Of a stretch of 64,000 nt of DNA, positions 1 to 12,861 are shown piece by piece. Position numbers and translations under genes: made by a program. This DNA comes from Felis catus (lineage: Eukaryota). The stretch lies in the NCBI RefSeq assembly GCF_018350175.1, contig NC_058373.1, positions 111,354,001 through 111,418,000 of the forward strand. The letters run 5' to 3'. The notes beneath the pieces are model-generated. The model was not told where the DNA came from and made no database searches. It saw nothing but the letters and a program-made list of their open reading frames with translations. Every line of letters begins with the position of its first letter. The stretch's first letter is position 1.

Positions 1-69
1 GGGGGGATGCAGACCAGGGCACTCATTTTGGCAAAAGACTGTGCCAAGGCACATGGTTTGGTGACTAAA

Positions 70-400
70 TCAGGGGCTAGATTTTAGCTAGCCACTATAA
101 TAGTTGGTTAACTTACACTAGTGCCTTAATGCCACAAAGATTTATTCCTTGCTCATGTCACAGTCTGGTGCTTGTAGGGTGATTCTCCTGCTAGTGGACC
201 CTCAGGGATACAGGTAACCTATCTCTATCTTATAATGAGACCATCTGATCTTCAAAATCACCAAGGAAGGAGAAGAAAGAACTGGAGGTTCTCACAGGGG
301 CACTTATAACCAGATTAGGAAGTGACTTAATATCATTTCTGTCCACATCTTGTTGGCCAGAACATGGATCCAACTTGACTAGCAAGGAGGCTGGGAAATA
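70..400. mobile_element. Old MaLR LTR fragment (MLT1-like)
   Basis: Motifs such as AGATTTATTCCTTGCTCATGTCACAGTCT and TTCTGTCCACATCTTGTTGGCCAGAAC resemble recalled MLT1 consensus; diverged. Confidence 0.5.
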
Positions 401-723
401 TAAAGGATGAGAGTAATTTGTGCTGCTCTGAGTCTAGAAAGCATTGGAAGATGACTCTAGTATTTGAAGAAGATTGTAAGGATATTATGGGAAATCTGAT
501 GCACTTTATTCAACTTTCATTTCAATTATAATAAAAAAAGTAATATCCTTTCTCTTGTGCAAGCCTTTTAATGAGCATCTGTATCTAGCAGGTTGGTTTT
601 TCTAGAACTGTATAGGTGGGACGTCATGAGTTATAAATGCAGAAGTTACCTCCAGACATCATTATATGGTTAATGCTACTCTGCCAGAGCATGACTGACT
701 TAAAGCTAAAACTATTAAAAAAT

Positions 724-1013
724 TATATATATATATACACACATACACACACATATATATACGTATATAGATATATATGTATATAGATATATACGTATCT
801 ATGTATATACACGTATATATCTATATACCTATATATATGTATATACGTATATAGATATATACGTGTATATACGTATATAGATATATATAGATATATATAT
901 ATCTATATACGTATATATATGTATATATATATCTATATACGTATATATATCTATATACGTATATATATGTATATCTATATATACGTATATAGATGTATAT
1001 ATATATCTATATA
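724..1013. repeat. Complex (TA)n-derived microsatellite with TACGTA, ATAGAT and ATCTAT variant units
   Basis: Directly visible mostly alternating purine-pyrimidine tract of about 290 bp. Confidence 0.95.
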
Positions 1014-2354
1014 TTGGAATTTAGATTTGTTGTGAGGAGTGTAAAGTTTATCCCAGGTCCTTTGGTGGGCAAAGTGGCAAGTGGTAATTGGGAGACAATG
1101 AAGAAAGGATTAAAAACTCTCCTACTACAAAATCAAAATTATCTGTGTGCAATCCTGTTTACCAGAGCTCCAGTTAGCCTCTTTGTTACTAAGTTAAGCT
1201 CATAGAAGACAAAGGTACTCTTTGAATATTCAAATTTTGATTGCAGAGTCTCAGACAATCAAAATAGACCCTGACCAATCAGAATTTTGCCATTTTGGTG
1301 AACATTGGCCCTGATATACAGCCAAGTACACTTTAGTTACAAGATCATGAGGAATCATGCATAGTTTAAATAAATATTTCAGACTCATCCCTATGGTTTC
1401 CATGTGTCTTAGACTTTCCAGGAAAATTCAGATTTATAAATAACAGATTTAATTGTTAGATTTAGTTTCACTCCATTTGGTGACTGAAATATGGTCACTA
1501 CAGCCATATCTATCTGAGAGAAGTTAGTAAATGCATTCATTGTAAGTTGGAGGGGAGAACTAATCAAGCACATTTTGTTTTAGAGGCACACAGAATATTA
1601 AAAGTGAAAGGCCTGCATAGATTGTTTTATTAGGCCCTCATTCTTAAAATGAAAAATACTCCTATAAAAGAAAAGACAAAGTTAATTGGATTTCTTCTGT
1701 TATTTAGGAATATGGACATAAGTATGTATAAAATTTCTCAGGATACTGTAAAAATAGCTATTAAAAGGTATTACAACTTCCTTGGAAACCATTTGCAGGC
1801 TCTAACAATACGTTAGGACAAAAACTACTTTTTTTTAGTCAAATCCTTTCTGCTGAAATAGTCACATTCTCATTCATTTATTCATTCATTAATTCATTTA
1901 ATGTTGTTTGAGCATCTCCCATAGGCCGAGCACTAATCTAGGCACTGGGGATACAATGCTGAATCCATTCTGGCTCAATGATCTTTTGTTAGGATTTTGA
2001 TTTTTTGAAAACAAAACATTGAGCCTGTCAGAATGAACAGAATATTGGTTTGGGATCAGAAGACCTGAATTCTACATGTGATTATACCGAACTATGAATT
2101 ATATTAATGGTATCAAGTAACTAGTCACCCACGCCCTAAATCTCCTTCATCTTTAGTCATTTTTTCACCTTGCAAGTTACCACATTCTTCACAATTTCTA
2201 AAATTTACTTCCTGCTGTCCATTTCATCTTCTGGTTGTTCTTGTTTAAATTATTTTCTCCAGGGCCATGCAACGTGTGATTGCATAGGTTATCTACTGCA
2301 TGTGGCAGAAGCCTTTGTTCCATTATCATAGGGCTTCACCTTTTTGCTGATTTT

Positions 2355-2563
2355 TTTTTAATGTTTATTTATTTTTGAGACAGAGACAGAGCATGAGTGG
2401 GGGAGGGGCAGAGAGAGGGAGACCCAGAATCGAAACAGGCTCCAGGCTGTGAGCTGTCAGCACAGAGCCTGACGCGGGGCTCGAACCCACGAACTGTGAG
2501 ATCATGACCTGAGCTGAAGTCAAATGCTTAACTGACTGAGCCACCCAGGCACCCCCCCCCCCC
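2355..2563 (-). mobile_element. CAN-SINE (SINEC)
   Basis: Reverse-complement tRNA-like head (TGAGCCACCCAGGCACCCC), GA-rich tract and T-rich tail; flanking direct repeat CACCTTTTTGCTGATTTT. Confidence 0.95.
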
Positions 2564-3894
2564 ACCTTTTTGCTGATTTTAAAAGAAGCTATGAGTGTTA
2601 CATTTACATAACTCATGATTTCTTCCAAGCTCACTTTGTGACAACATAAGGGGAGGGCTGAGTTATTTCGTTGGTGAGACGCTAGATGGTCCATGTGGAG
2701 ACAAACTCCAACAGAGTCCACCTGACTTCATAAAGAAAACATTTACTGAAAACAATGCATTGGAAAATTAGCAAAGACCAATGTGGAGGCTGAGATTGAG
2801 TTGAGTTGAATTGATAAGTACTGAGAAGAGAAGGACAGAGTAGTAAGATCCCTATGTGAATATTAGTGGGATGAGGAGAGTTATAGAAAACTGAAGGAGA
2901 AAGTGAGGGAAAAGAAAACAGCAGGATGTTAGAGATGTCAATTCCTGTGTCACCCCCCCCCCCACTTCTGCTAAAGAGTTTGCCATGCTCAGGCACATAG
3001 CCCCTGCTGAAAGGGCAGCCATCACCACTTTGACACAGTAGTTTGGACCAGAATTAATACCTGACTGAAGGCCAAAGACCTATTATGTGACTTCGTAGAG
3101 AAAGACATGAAGACCCAACACGATTTCCCTCTGTGGAGAATGTGAATCAAGAAACTGAGAATTTGAAAGTTAAGATTGTGTCTTATACTATGAAAAAGAT
3201 GCAGTTATAAGGGAACGAAAATCGTGAGCCTGCAGAAACCAAAAGGTAAAACAAAAAATGGAAGTCAGTTGGTACTGACAGAAGAGCAGAAGAGCAGAAA
3301 GTGACATGGAGACCGTGAGAGGGATGAAAACATGGAGCAGCAGATCTCCAGTTGCCTCAGTGGTTCAGCCACAGGATAAGTTTTGGTTCATGTATTTTGA
3401 AATGAAAACAGTTCAAATCCCCTTTTCCTTGGAGTAACCAAGTTACTTGGTTCCTTGCACCTTAAAGAGCTCAAGTAAGTTGGATGGACTTTCAGCCATT
3501 TGACGGAAGTGCCCCCAAAGACAGGGAGTGTATTTTAAACTAAAAGATCTGAATTCATATTCAGCCTTGAATATGAATATGTTGGCTCCACTTGACCCAA
3601 TGTACACGAGTTTACGAGTAGACTTGTAAACTGTGTCAGCGCCGTTTATAGGGTGTTGTTTTTAGAACCTTTACTCTTTGTTTTAAATACCAACACTTGT
3701 GTTGTAGAATGTACTGCAAAACTGAAATGACATTCAACCTTTGGCTCAGGAAATCTTGTCAATCACCTGTTTCTTTTTCTTCCTGAGATTCTGTTTTCAT
3801 GTCCTTTTGACTTTGGATGTAGATCAGATAATAATAATAGTGTCCACAAAGGCTTGCTTTAGCTTAAGGTTTTTGTAAAGCTATAAATGGCTAA

Positions 3895-4130
3895 CATTTG
3901 TTGTGTGCTCTGTGCCAGGTACTGTTCTTAAGAGCCTTACGTGTAATAACTCATTTTATAATCATAACAATCCCGATGAGGTAGATAATATTATCATTCC
4001 CATTTTACATGAATGAAAAAATGACACATAGTTTCAAAAAGTTTCCCAAGGTCTCATCGCTGTTAAGTGGCAGTGCTTGGATTCAAATACAGTTAGAATC
4101 TACTTTCTGAATCTACTCTATACTGCCTTG
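3895..4130. mobile_element. MIR SINE fossil
   Basis: TGTGCCAGGTACTGTTCT...ATTATCATTCCCATTTTACA...CCCAAGGTC core. Confidence 0.7.
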
Positions 4131-4726
4131 TCCTCATGGAAACTGGAAGATCCTGACTAACCAGAGGTTACGAGTGCTTGATCCCTCTGGCAGTTATATC
4201 GCAATGAAAATTAATTAACTCATTCAGCAAGTATGATACACAGTGGTCATCAAGACAGAGAGGCAGGGTCTCTGCCCTCAAGGGACCTTCTGGTGTTTCA
4301 GACTTTTGTCAGTTTGGTTAGCGTTAATCTTGCCCCTCCGGATCTAATTTTCCTTCTGGTAAACTCGTAAGATAGAGTTTTTGCCCCTGTAACGCAGAAC
4401 CTTGGAACTTTGGTGATGTTAGCAAGACTCATTCTTATTGGAGCAAGTATTTATAACATATTGGCAGTGGTAACTTTTTTTTTCTTGGCTGGAATTTTTC
4501 TCTCTGATTTTTTTTTTTCTTTTGCACCTATCCCATCTTTCCTCAGTCTGTATCTCCCCCCATCTCCAACTCCTGGTCTGTATCTTTGTTTTCGGTTTAA
4601 AATTTTTAAATAGAGTAGTATGTACTTGTCTTTGTTACATTTCTTTCAAATCTTTTTGGATTAATTTCTCTTTTTGCGGAGCATTAAAGATCTAACTTAA
4701 CATAATTTATCAAACTACTACGGTAT

Positions 4727-5430
4727 TGTATCAGGATTAGTTTCCGTGGCATGTAATAGAAAGATTTAGAAAACTATGGCTTAAAGAAGAGAGAAGCTTA
4801 TTTATTTATATATTTATTTATTTATTCACATAAAAGAATTTTGGAGGTGAGCAGCCCAAGACTGCCATGGAGGTTCTGCAAAGTTATCAGGGAGTCAGGT
4901 CCTTCCTCACTATTATGCTCTCCCCAAGGTTTGGCTATGCTCCTCATGGTCCAAGATGGCTGAAAGGGCCCCCGTCATCACATTATGGCCCGGGATGCAG
5001 AGAACAGGTAAGAAGCGTATATTCCTTCTTTTTTAAAATGGTTGTCTTTATTTATTTTAAGAGAGATAGAGAGCAAGCAGAGGAGGGACAGAGAAAGAAG
5101 GAGACAATCCCAAGCAGGCTCTGCACAGTCAATGTGGGGCTAGAACTCACAGTGAGATCATGACTTGAGCTAAAATCGAGAGTTGGGCACTTAACCAAGT
5201 GAGTCACCCAGGTGCCCCAATTTTATTTTTTAAAATAGAAGTCCCACACAACATTTCTGCTTAGATCTCAACAGCCAGAATTTAGCCATGTGGCCACACC
5301 TATGCAATGGAGACTAGAAAATACTCGTTTTTAGCTAAGTGGCAATATGGCCATCTGAAAATTGGGGGTTGGCTCTTATGGAAGAATGAGAAAGCAGAAA
5401 AAGGGATATAATTGGAGTCTCTGCTACAGG
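4727..5430. mobile_element. MLT1-like MaLR LTR interrupted by a - strand CAN-SINE (~5030-5218)
   Basis: TGTATCAGGATTAG start, CCAAGATGGCTG and GCCAGAATTTAGCCATGTGGCCACACCT motifs; SINE head visible at 5200-5218. Confidence 0.6.
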
Positions 5431-6254
5431 TATATTACATATAGTTGATAAAAATTTATTGATTCGTTTTTATAAACTTGATCATATTCTTAGAAGTAAC
5501 ACTCAAGTTGTTAATAAAGATAATGAATTTAAGGATTTTCCTTTTATTATTTTTTTTACTTTATGATAATATAATATCGCATATCATTGCATTTATCACA
5601 TCTAAAGTAAACCCACCTAAAATTAGTTTATGCAAAATAGGGACTATATTAGAAGAATATTGGGGGGAAACTTTGGAAGGGACAACCCAAAGCAGAAGGA
5701 AAGGCAGAGATTCTGCCAATGGTCAAGAAAACCTGGAGCTGAGAACTCCAGTATAACAAAGACACTTTCTTCATCTCCTCTTCCCTCTGTCCATTAACTG
5801 TATTTTCTCAGTTCAGAATGTGTTTCTCCACTTGGCCAAAAACAAAAACAAAAACAAACACCACCACCCCCCTCAAAAACCAAAACATGTCCTATGACAT
5901 CTTCTAGATTATATATCTAGCTGAGACTTGCGATGACCTCTCTTACAAAGTCTAAAAATCTTGGAGGACTAGCTTCATTGGCCCATCTTGGGTCAAGTGT
6001 CCACTTCTTGACCAGTTAGTTGTGGCCAAGGGCCAGTCAGTAGTAACAAGGCTTTTCATGCTGCCATAATATGGTAGATGTGTGGAAATGGGAGAAGCAG
6101 GTACTGGCTATACAATTGTATAGGCTACACTAGAATTATACATGCTGGAAAAACACAGGTCAGTGGTCTGAATTAAAAAGGAGAACATGATCTTTGATAA
6201 TGTAAAAAAAAAATTGATTTAGCTATGAATAAACACCATTTGATAGATCTACAA

Positions 6255-6470
6255 TATATGGAATGTTTATTAAGTGTCGGGCATTGTGCTGAGTGCTTTT
6301 TACATGTTGAGTCATTTATTCCTCACAACTCTATGAGCTAGAGATTATTATCCTCTTTTACAGATGGAAAATCTGAGCTCAGGGAGTTTAAGTAACTTGT
6401 CCAAGAACATATTGCTAGTAAGTAAACTACATTTGTTTTAACTTCAGCATTTTTAACTACCAGGGTAATA
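6255..6470. mobile_element. MIR SINE fossil
   Basis: ATTATTATCCTCTTTTACAGATGGAAAATCTGAGCTCAGGGAGTTTAAGTAACTTGTCCAAG core. Confidence 0.75.
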
Positions 6471-6524
6471 TACTGACTGTCTCATTGCTTCTCTGTCTTC
6501 AGTTGGAAACTATGGTCATGTTTT

Positions 6525-6555
6525 CAAAAAAAAATTTTTTTTAATGTTTATTATT

Positions 6556-6599
<44 letters not shown>

Positions 6600-6755
6600 G
6601 TAGCAGAGAGTGAGGGAAGGAGACACAGAATCTGAGGCAGGCTCCAGGCTCTGAGCTGTCAGCACAGAGCCTGATGCCAGGGCTTGAACTCACAAACTGT
6701 GAGATCATGACCTGAGTCAAAGTCAGATGCCTAACCAACTGAGCCAGGTATCCCA
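6525..6755 (-). mobile_element. CAN-SINE with long (GA)n
   Basis: SINE body; target-site duplication GAAACTATGGTCAT on both sides. Confidence 0.95.
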
Positions 6756-7416
6756 AGAAACTATGGTCATTTTTGATGAAACAATTATTAGTTATTCCCC
6801 CCCCCCCCCCCCCCCCCGCTTAGTTCTGCCTTAACAAAGCTATGTGAACTAGATGAATCTTGTAGTGTATCTGGGTCTTAATCTCTTCATCTGTAAAAAG
6901 ACTGGGTTGTATTACATTAATTTCCCCCCTTGTTAGTGCAGGTAATGTTTTATTTTTAAAGGCAAGAGTACGAGCTATGATATGAAAACAATTTTAATTC
7001 ATCTAATATTTTTGAGTGCTTGAGTCATATCTGTGTTATGAACTGTGATGAAATTAAAGATATACACGATGTAATTTCTGCTTATGGTGTTACAGAGAAA
7101 CAAAGAGAATTATTATTTTGCAGAATTACAAGTCCAGAGAAGAGTAGCCTTCAGGAGTGATACAACATGCAGCTCAAACATATCTTCAAGGGTTTTCCTC
7201 TTTGCCATCTTCAGTGTGTTGACTTCATTTTAAGGTTAATTCCTCTTGTGTTTGTTAGATTGCTGCCAGTGGCAATCTCTATTATGCGCTGACTCATTGT
7301 ATCTGGTAAGCGAGAATCCTCTCCTCTAAGCAGGGACTAAAAATCCTTTCCTTCAGTCTGATTGGGCCAGTACACCCCAGGGCTATAATGGTTTTCAGGT
7401 ATATTAGGATATACCT

Positions 7417-7457
7417 GAATTAGAATTAGAATTAGAATTAGAATTAGAATTAGAATT
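7417..7457 (+). repeat. (GAATTA)n hexanucleotide microsatellite
   Basis: About 7 tandem units visible. Confidence 0.95.
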
Positions 7458-9824
7458 GTCTAAGACCTAGCATAACCTAGATTCCAGGTCACGCTGCAGT
7501 AAAAAACAACCCCAAATCTCAGTGGTTTAAACAATAAAGGTATATTTTTTTACTCATGTATCCATCCTGACCTGATGAGGATGGAAGGTAGGGTGTTCCC
7601 ATTGTCCCCTTTTAGGCACGTAGGCTGACACAGGCTCTATCATCTTCAATAATACTTGTTTTGAGACTGGGGAAGAGTAAACATTGTAAGAACTTATACT
7701 TGCAATTAAATTCTATAGCTGGAAGTGATACATACCACTTCTATCTACAACCCTCTATAGACTAGTGACTATAACTAGTCACATAGTTCAGCTCAACTGC
7801 AAGGGTAGAGTTGAGCAGTGGGGATGTATGTGTGAAAATGTAATCTTTTTATATGCAAGGAAAGAGGGTAAGCAAGTCTCTACCATACTAGGGAATTAAT
7901 TTATTGATTGACAGGCTAATTCAATTGCCCTTGTATAGCTAGAGGTTGGATGGTTACCTAAAAAACAAACAAACATAACAAAAAACGAACTCAATGAGGA
8001 AGGAATAGGAGTGGATGTGAATAATTAAATTATATGATGCTTTATCTCAATGAAGAAGACAGAGATTTCAGCCATGGAGGAAAGTCATAGAAAGAGATAG
8101 TTTCATTAGTCTTTAAATCAATCACTTCATTTACTCTTCTGATTGGAAAGATTGAATCTTCTCTTTAATGAGTGGGTGTAGACTGAATTTCTATTTAGGG
8201 AGTTGGTTCACAGTGACTTTGAAATGTTTACTGGATTTCAAAGTATAGACTGTTTTTCCATATCTCGTTTTGGTTGCTGGCAGTGGTGTGTCAAGCTGGC
8301 TAGATTTATAGTTTTAAAACAGGCAAAGAACCAAAATTTCTCTAGACCACCCCCATTATTTTACAGATAAGAAAACTAAGGGCCAAATGGGTTAAATGAT
8401 TATCTCAAGGTCTACCTTTTTGCATGTAATAAACAGTGTTGCCTTTTGAATGATCTCCTGCAAAATGGAATCCTCTAAGTAGATATATCTAGAGCAGTAC
8501 TTAGAAAATAAGGACAATTAAAGATTATGAAGAAAGTTTCCATGACTGACATTCAGTTGTTTCACATTGGTCGAGATGGAAACATTTCTAAAGGATCTGG
8601 TAAGTAGCTAATGCTGAGAACCTCTTTAACTCTTCTCTGTGACCTCATAGATTCCATTATAATAACAGGATCTACTTCAAGGGTTGATTTGAGAATTAAA
8701 TGATGGAGGCAAGAGTTTATCATGGTACCTGACACTCAGCAATATTACACTTTGGCTATTATTTTTATTATAGTCATTAATAAAATGGTAGTAGTAAACT
8801 TGAAACTAGTTCCTGCATGAATGTTCACAACTTTGGAAATGTGATAATATTCAAGTTCATTAACTTTGATCTAGCTAATCTCTCAATAAAATGGCCACTC
8901 CTGTATTCACTTTAACTTTCATTTTCATCTTTTTCATTGTCTAATGGTTGACAACTTCTTGCCCCACCCGCAAGACCCCACAGCTCTGGTTGATGACTAA
9001 GAATTTGACGCAGGCTGCGTAAAAGAATGTAACATACCGACAAGGGTCTATTAGTTCTTGGGATAATATGACATAAAGAATGTTCTGCATATTCTCTTGC
9101 TGAGCAGAACTTATCTGTTAAGTTTTCAGATAAGCAAAGATGGGTCTAAAAGCTAGTTTGTGAAGGAAGGTTGGAGGAAGTGGTGGAACACTTGTACTTG
9201 CTTAAGCAAATATCAGAAACTAGGAGTGACGAGAAGCAGAGGCAGGCAGCTGGGGTGAGAAGAGAGAGTGAGGGGCCCGAAGAGCAGCAGTGGGTGGTGG
9301 TGGTGGGGGGGGGGCAACTGGAGCTTGTGGAGAAAACATCCTTTGATAGAGATGTCTTCTGGTGGCTAGTAATGTTTAGAACCTTCTGGAGATACTTGCT
9401 CTCTCAGAAACTTAACCTAGCAAGAGAAAGGCAGAGTTTTAGTAATATTCCTCTCTGGAGAGAGTAAAAGAAATGTATTTTTTAAAAGCTGGAACTGTTG
9501 GGAATTTTTTTTTGGAAATTCATCATTGGCTTGGAACTCAGTGGGTAAAGGTTTGTTCCAAAGTCAGTTGTATCACTGATACTTCAGTTCTGAGGTGGCA
9601 GTTCAATCCTGGGCACGTCCTGGAAAGGGCTTTGTTAACAGTGTTTTGTCACAGGGTGAGAAGCACATTGCCTCATCACAACACAATCAGAGCTGCTAGA
9701 TAGCTAGTTTCTGAGTATATTCTAGAGACACCCAAGTTATTTGGCCTTTTAGTATGTAATATACTATTCTACCAAAGTGCACTAAATCTTGGACAAGCAT
9801 TCCTAGGAAACTTTTTATTAAAAA

Positions 9825-10426
9825 AATTTTTTTTTAATGTTTTTATTTATTTTTGAGACAGAGAGACAGAGCATGAGCAGAGGAGGGGCAGAGAGAGAGA
9901 GAGAGAGAGACACACAGAATCCAAAGCAGGCTCCAGGCTCTGAGCTGTCAGCACAGAGCTTGACGCGGGGCTCGAACTCATAGACTGTGAGATCATGACC
10001 TGAGCTGAAGGCTGACGCTTAACCGACTGAGCCACCCAGGCACCCCTAGGAAATTGTTTTTTTTTTTTTTTTTTTTAAAGCAAAAGCAGGTAGAGAAGGT
10101 AAGTAATTTTTTTTTTAATTTTTAAAAGATTTTATTTTATCTTGTAAGTTTATTTATTTTTTGAGAGGGAGAGAGAAGGGCAGAGAGAGAGAATCCCAAG
10201 CAGGCTCTGTGCTGTGAATGTGGACTCTGAGGTGGGGCTTGAAACTCACAAACAGTGAAATCATAACCTGAGCCAAAATCCGGAGTTGGATGCTTAACAA
10301 CTGAGCCACCCAGGTGCCCCAAAAGATTTTATTTTTAAGTAATCCCTGCACCCAAGGTGGGGCTCAAACTCACAACCCTGAGATCAAGGGTTACATGCTC
10401 CACTGACTGAGCCAGCCGGGTGCCCT
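9825..10426 (-). mobile_element. Cluster of three CAN-SINEs (~9825-10046, ~10135-10320, ~10321-10426)
   Basis: Three reverse-complement SINE heads; repeated flanks CCTAGGAAA and AAAAGATTTTATT. Confidence 0.9.
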
Positions 10427-11457
10427 GAGAAGATATGTATTTTAATTCCTACGTTTTTGGAAAGGAAAAATGAAGGCCAGATAAAAAACTGGATGTCTTG
10501 AGGCAAATGTAAAATAAAGCTTTGAAGTTGGAGATCTTAAAGCATTATATAAGGTAAGCTTTAAAGTTAAACATGCTTGGTAAAATATTTTTAAACATGC
10601 TGTTTAAACTAAGAAGTAAATATCCATCTCACCTCTGACTTCTAAAAAGTATCTAGAGTATGACTTATAAGACTTCAGCCTTTACCTCATCTTACTTTGG
10701 CATAAACCTAAAATTTCTGTTCATTTCCAACTACCGAAGCTTGTGGCCCTCCAAGCAGAATTCCGTTCTATTTGTAAGCTTGGTACAGAAACCTTTTTAG
10801 TGGAGGACAGCAACCATGCATTCAGTAAAAAATTGTTGAATATGGATATACAAGCTCTCTGAACTGGAACATAATTTTGATTACGCTAGTATATTGTTTT
10901 TGTGTGACTTTAGATAGGTCACTCTACTTTTCCCTTAGTTTTCTCTTCTTACAGGGAGATAACAGCCATAAAAACGACTGTAAACTACTTTGCTGAGAGC
11001 TTTTTCGTTAAAGGACTGACAATAAATATCAGAGTCACAAGGTCCAGCAAACCCAAGAAGCTGAGCTTATTGAGGGCAGGGAACTTTTTTTTCTTGTTTG
11101 GAAATCAGTAGTTATCTTATTTGTTTTTTCTGTAATACAGTTCCTGGCCTATAAAAAGGTCTCAATAAACACTGTAAATTTATGAATGTTATTAGGCAGA
11201 TTGCAGTCTTGGCAGACCAGTGCCTTGTAAATCTCTTTTCTGTGATCTTTTTCATACTCAGCATCTAAAACGCCGCTGCTATTTGTTCTGGGATAAGCAC
11301 CTAAGCAAGGCACTTAAAAACACCCAAGTCTAGAGAAATAATTTTTCTGTCCTCAGGGCACCATCTCGCTTTCCACGGTACCGCGCTCTAGGCTTGGGAT
11401 CTGGGTCCGGAGGCTACAGGGAAGAGTTGGGAACGGGAAGCTCCTTCTCCGGCCGTC

Positions 11458-11507
11458 TGATTGGTCGGCTCGCACTCCACTCACATGGCTCGCGTCTTTG
11501 ATTGGAC
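11458..11507 (-). promoter_or_regulatory. Two inverted CCAAT (NF-Y) boxes of the distal promoter
   Basis: CTGATTGGTC and TTGATTGGAC; ATTGG at 11460 and 11501, 41 bp apart. Confidence 0.65.
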
Positions 11508-11529
11508 CTCGTGGCACCCCCTCCCTCGG

Positions 11530-11663
11530 CCCGCGACTACTTTGTGTGCCGGGGCTGCGCGCTTAGGTCCTCCGGCTCAGCTCACCGTCTGGGCCGGTCT
11601 GACCTAGCTCTTCGGCCCACTGCTCTGCATCGCGGGCGCCAGGAATTTCCCGAGTGCGTGCGG
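11530..11663 (+). other. FUT8: Alternative upstream non-coding first exon of FUT8 (start approximate)
   Basis: Ends CGCCAGGAATTTCCCGAGTGCGTGCGG|GTAGGA, similar to my recollection of a human FUT8 variant leader; lies just downstream of the CCAAT pair. Confidence 0.6.
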
Positions 11664-12321
11664 GTAGGAAGCATCCTAGGGAACCCCTCCTCCCCAAAGT
11701 TCTCTTTCCCGTTTTGAATAAACTTCCGCTTCAAAGGGGCTGTCGCAGCCGCGGGTCGGGAGAGAGGCTAGGCATCAAACTCAGGCCCTTGTGGGAGGTC
11801 TTTCTGTCGGGGCAGATGTAGAAACAGTTCTCACAAGATAAAACAGGGCTCCGCTAATTGCATGTGGGTGCGATGCCATTCTGTGGTCACGCCGCTAGAC
11901 GCAGCCGAACGGCCAGATCTGGGCTGCAGGGGCTGAGCAGCAGCGATCACCTCTAAAAAGTAGCAAGGAGCCTGCTTCAGTACTAGTGCTCCTTAGGGCC
12001 GCGGGCTGCACTGACATGGGCCAGTCCTTCCCCCGGCTATCGAGAATATGGCATTCCCGGGAGATGGCGCTCCCGGGAGTGGGGAGTTCGGCTCGACTCG
12101 CCCCCAGCAGTCTCCGGCCTGCAGGCAGTAGAGGGCGGCCTGTGCTCGTGTAGGAGCCGGCGCCCTAGCGCAGTTGTTGCCCTGTTGGAAGTCTCCCGGT
12201 CCCTCTGTGGCCCGCGGCTCCCTGGCAGCGGATGCTGCAGCTACGCTATCCACGGCTCAGCTAAAAGGGGGCGGGAAGAAGCCGTGGCACATGCCAGGGT
12301 CGCCGTAGGTGGCAGCCGCCG

Positions 12322-12331
12322 GCGCATGCGC
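12322..12331. promoter_or_regulatory. NRF1 consensus site
   Basis: Perfect palindrome GCGCATGCGC; GC boxes nearby at 12268 (GGGGCGGG) and ~12499 (CCCCGCCCC). Confidence 0.7.
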
Positions 12332-12399
12332 GCCCTCTCCCAGAAGCCTGTAACGCTGAGGGGCGCGCGCCCCCACCCGCGCGCGCACGCTTGCGCTAG

Positions 12400-12861
12400 C
12401 CAAGGCTTCCCCGCCTGCGCTCGTTGTCAGAGCCGCTCCGGCGCGTGCGCGCGTTATCTCCGGCAGACCCGAGTAGCCAGGTTCCCTAAGCTCCAGGCCC
12501 CCGCCCCACATCGCCCCCTCCCAGCCCCAGTCAACCCGTCCCCTTCCTCTCCTCGCGGAATGGGGCCGGCGCTGCTCGGGGTCGCGCGCCCGGGACCCGG
12601 CTCGCGCTCGGTCTCGCGCTGTCAGCGACTGCCCCGCTCGCGCCGCCTCGCGCTCTCGCTCAGTCAGTGGCGCCGAAGGCTCCGTTAAGCGGCGGCGGCG
12701 GTTCCTGTTTCCGTTTCTTCGTCTCCCTTCAGTCGGGAGTAGCATCCTCCACCCAGCCACCCCTCCCACTCCCCAACGGGGCAGCTGCAGCTGAGGGCTG
12801 TGGCGGCGGCGGTGGCGGCGGCAACTGGGGACGGCGGAGACCGCCTCTGCTCCCGCCTCGG
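12400..12861 (+). other. FUT8: Main non-coding exon 1 of FUT8 (TSS uncertain, somewhere in ~12400-12690)
   Basis: GGCGGTTCCTGTTTCCGTTTCTTC...GGGAGTAGCATCCTCCAC...GGAGACCGCCTCTGCTCCCGCCTCGG matches recalled FUT8 5' UTR; strong donor GG|GTAAGG at 12861/12862. Confidence 0.82.

Noticed and set aside
7417..7457. Telomere-like or CRISPR-like array
   Set aside because: Unit is GAATTA, not TTAGGG, and there are no spacers; ordinary microsatellite
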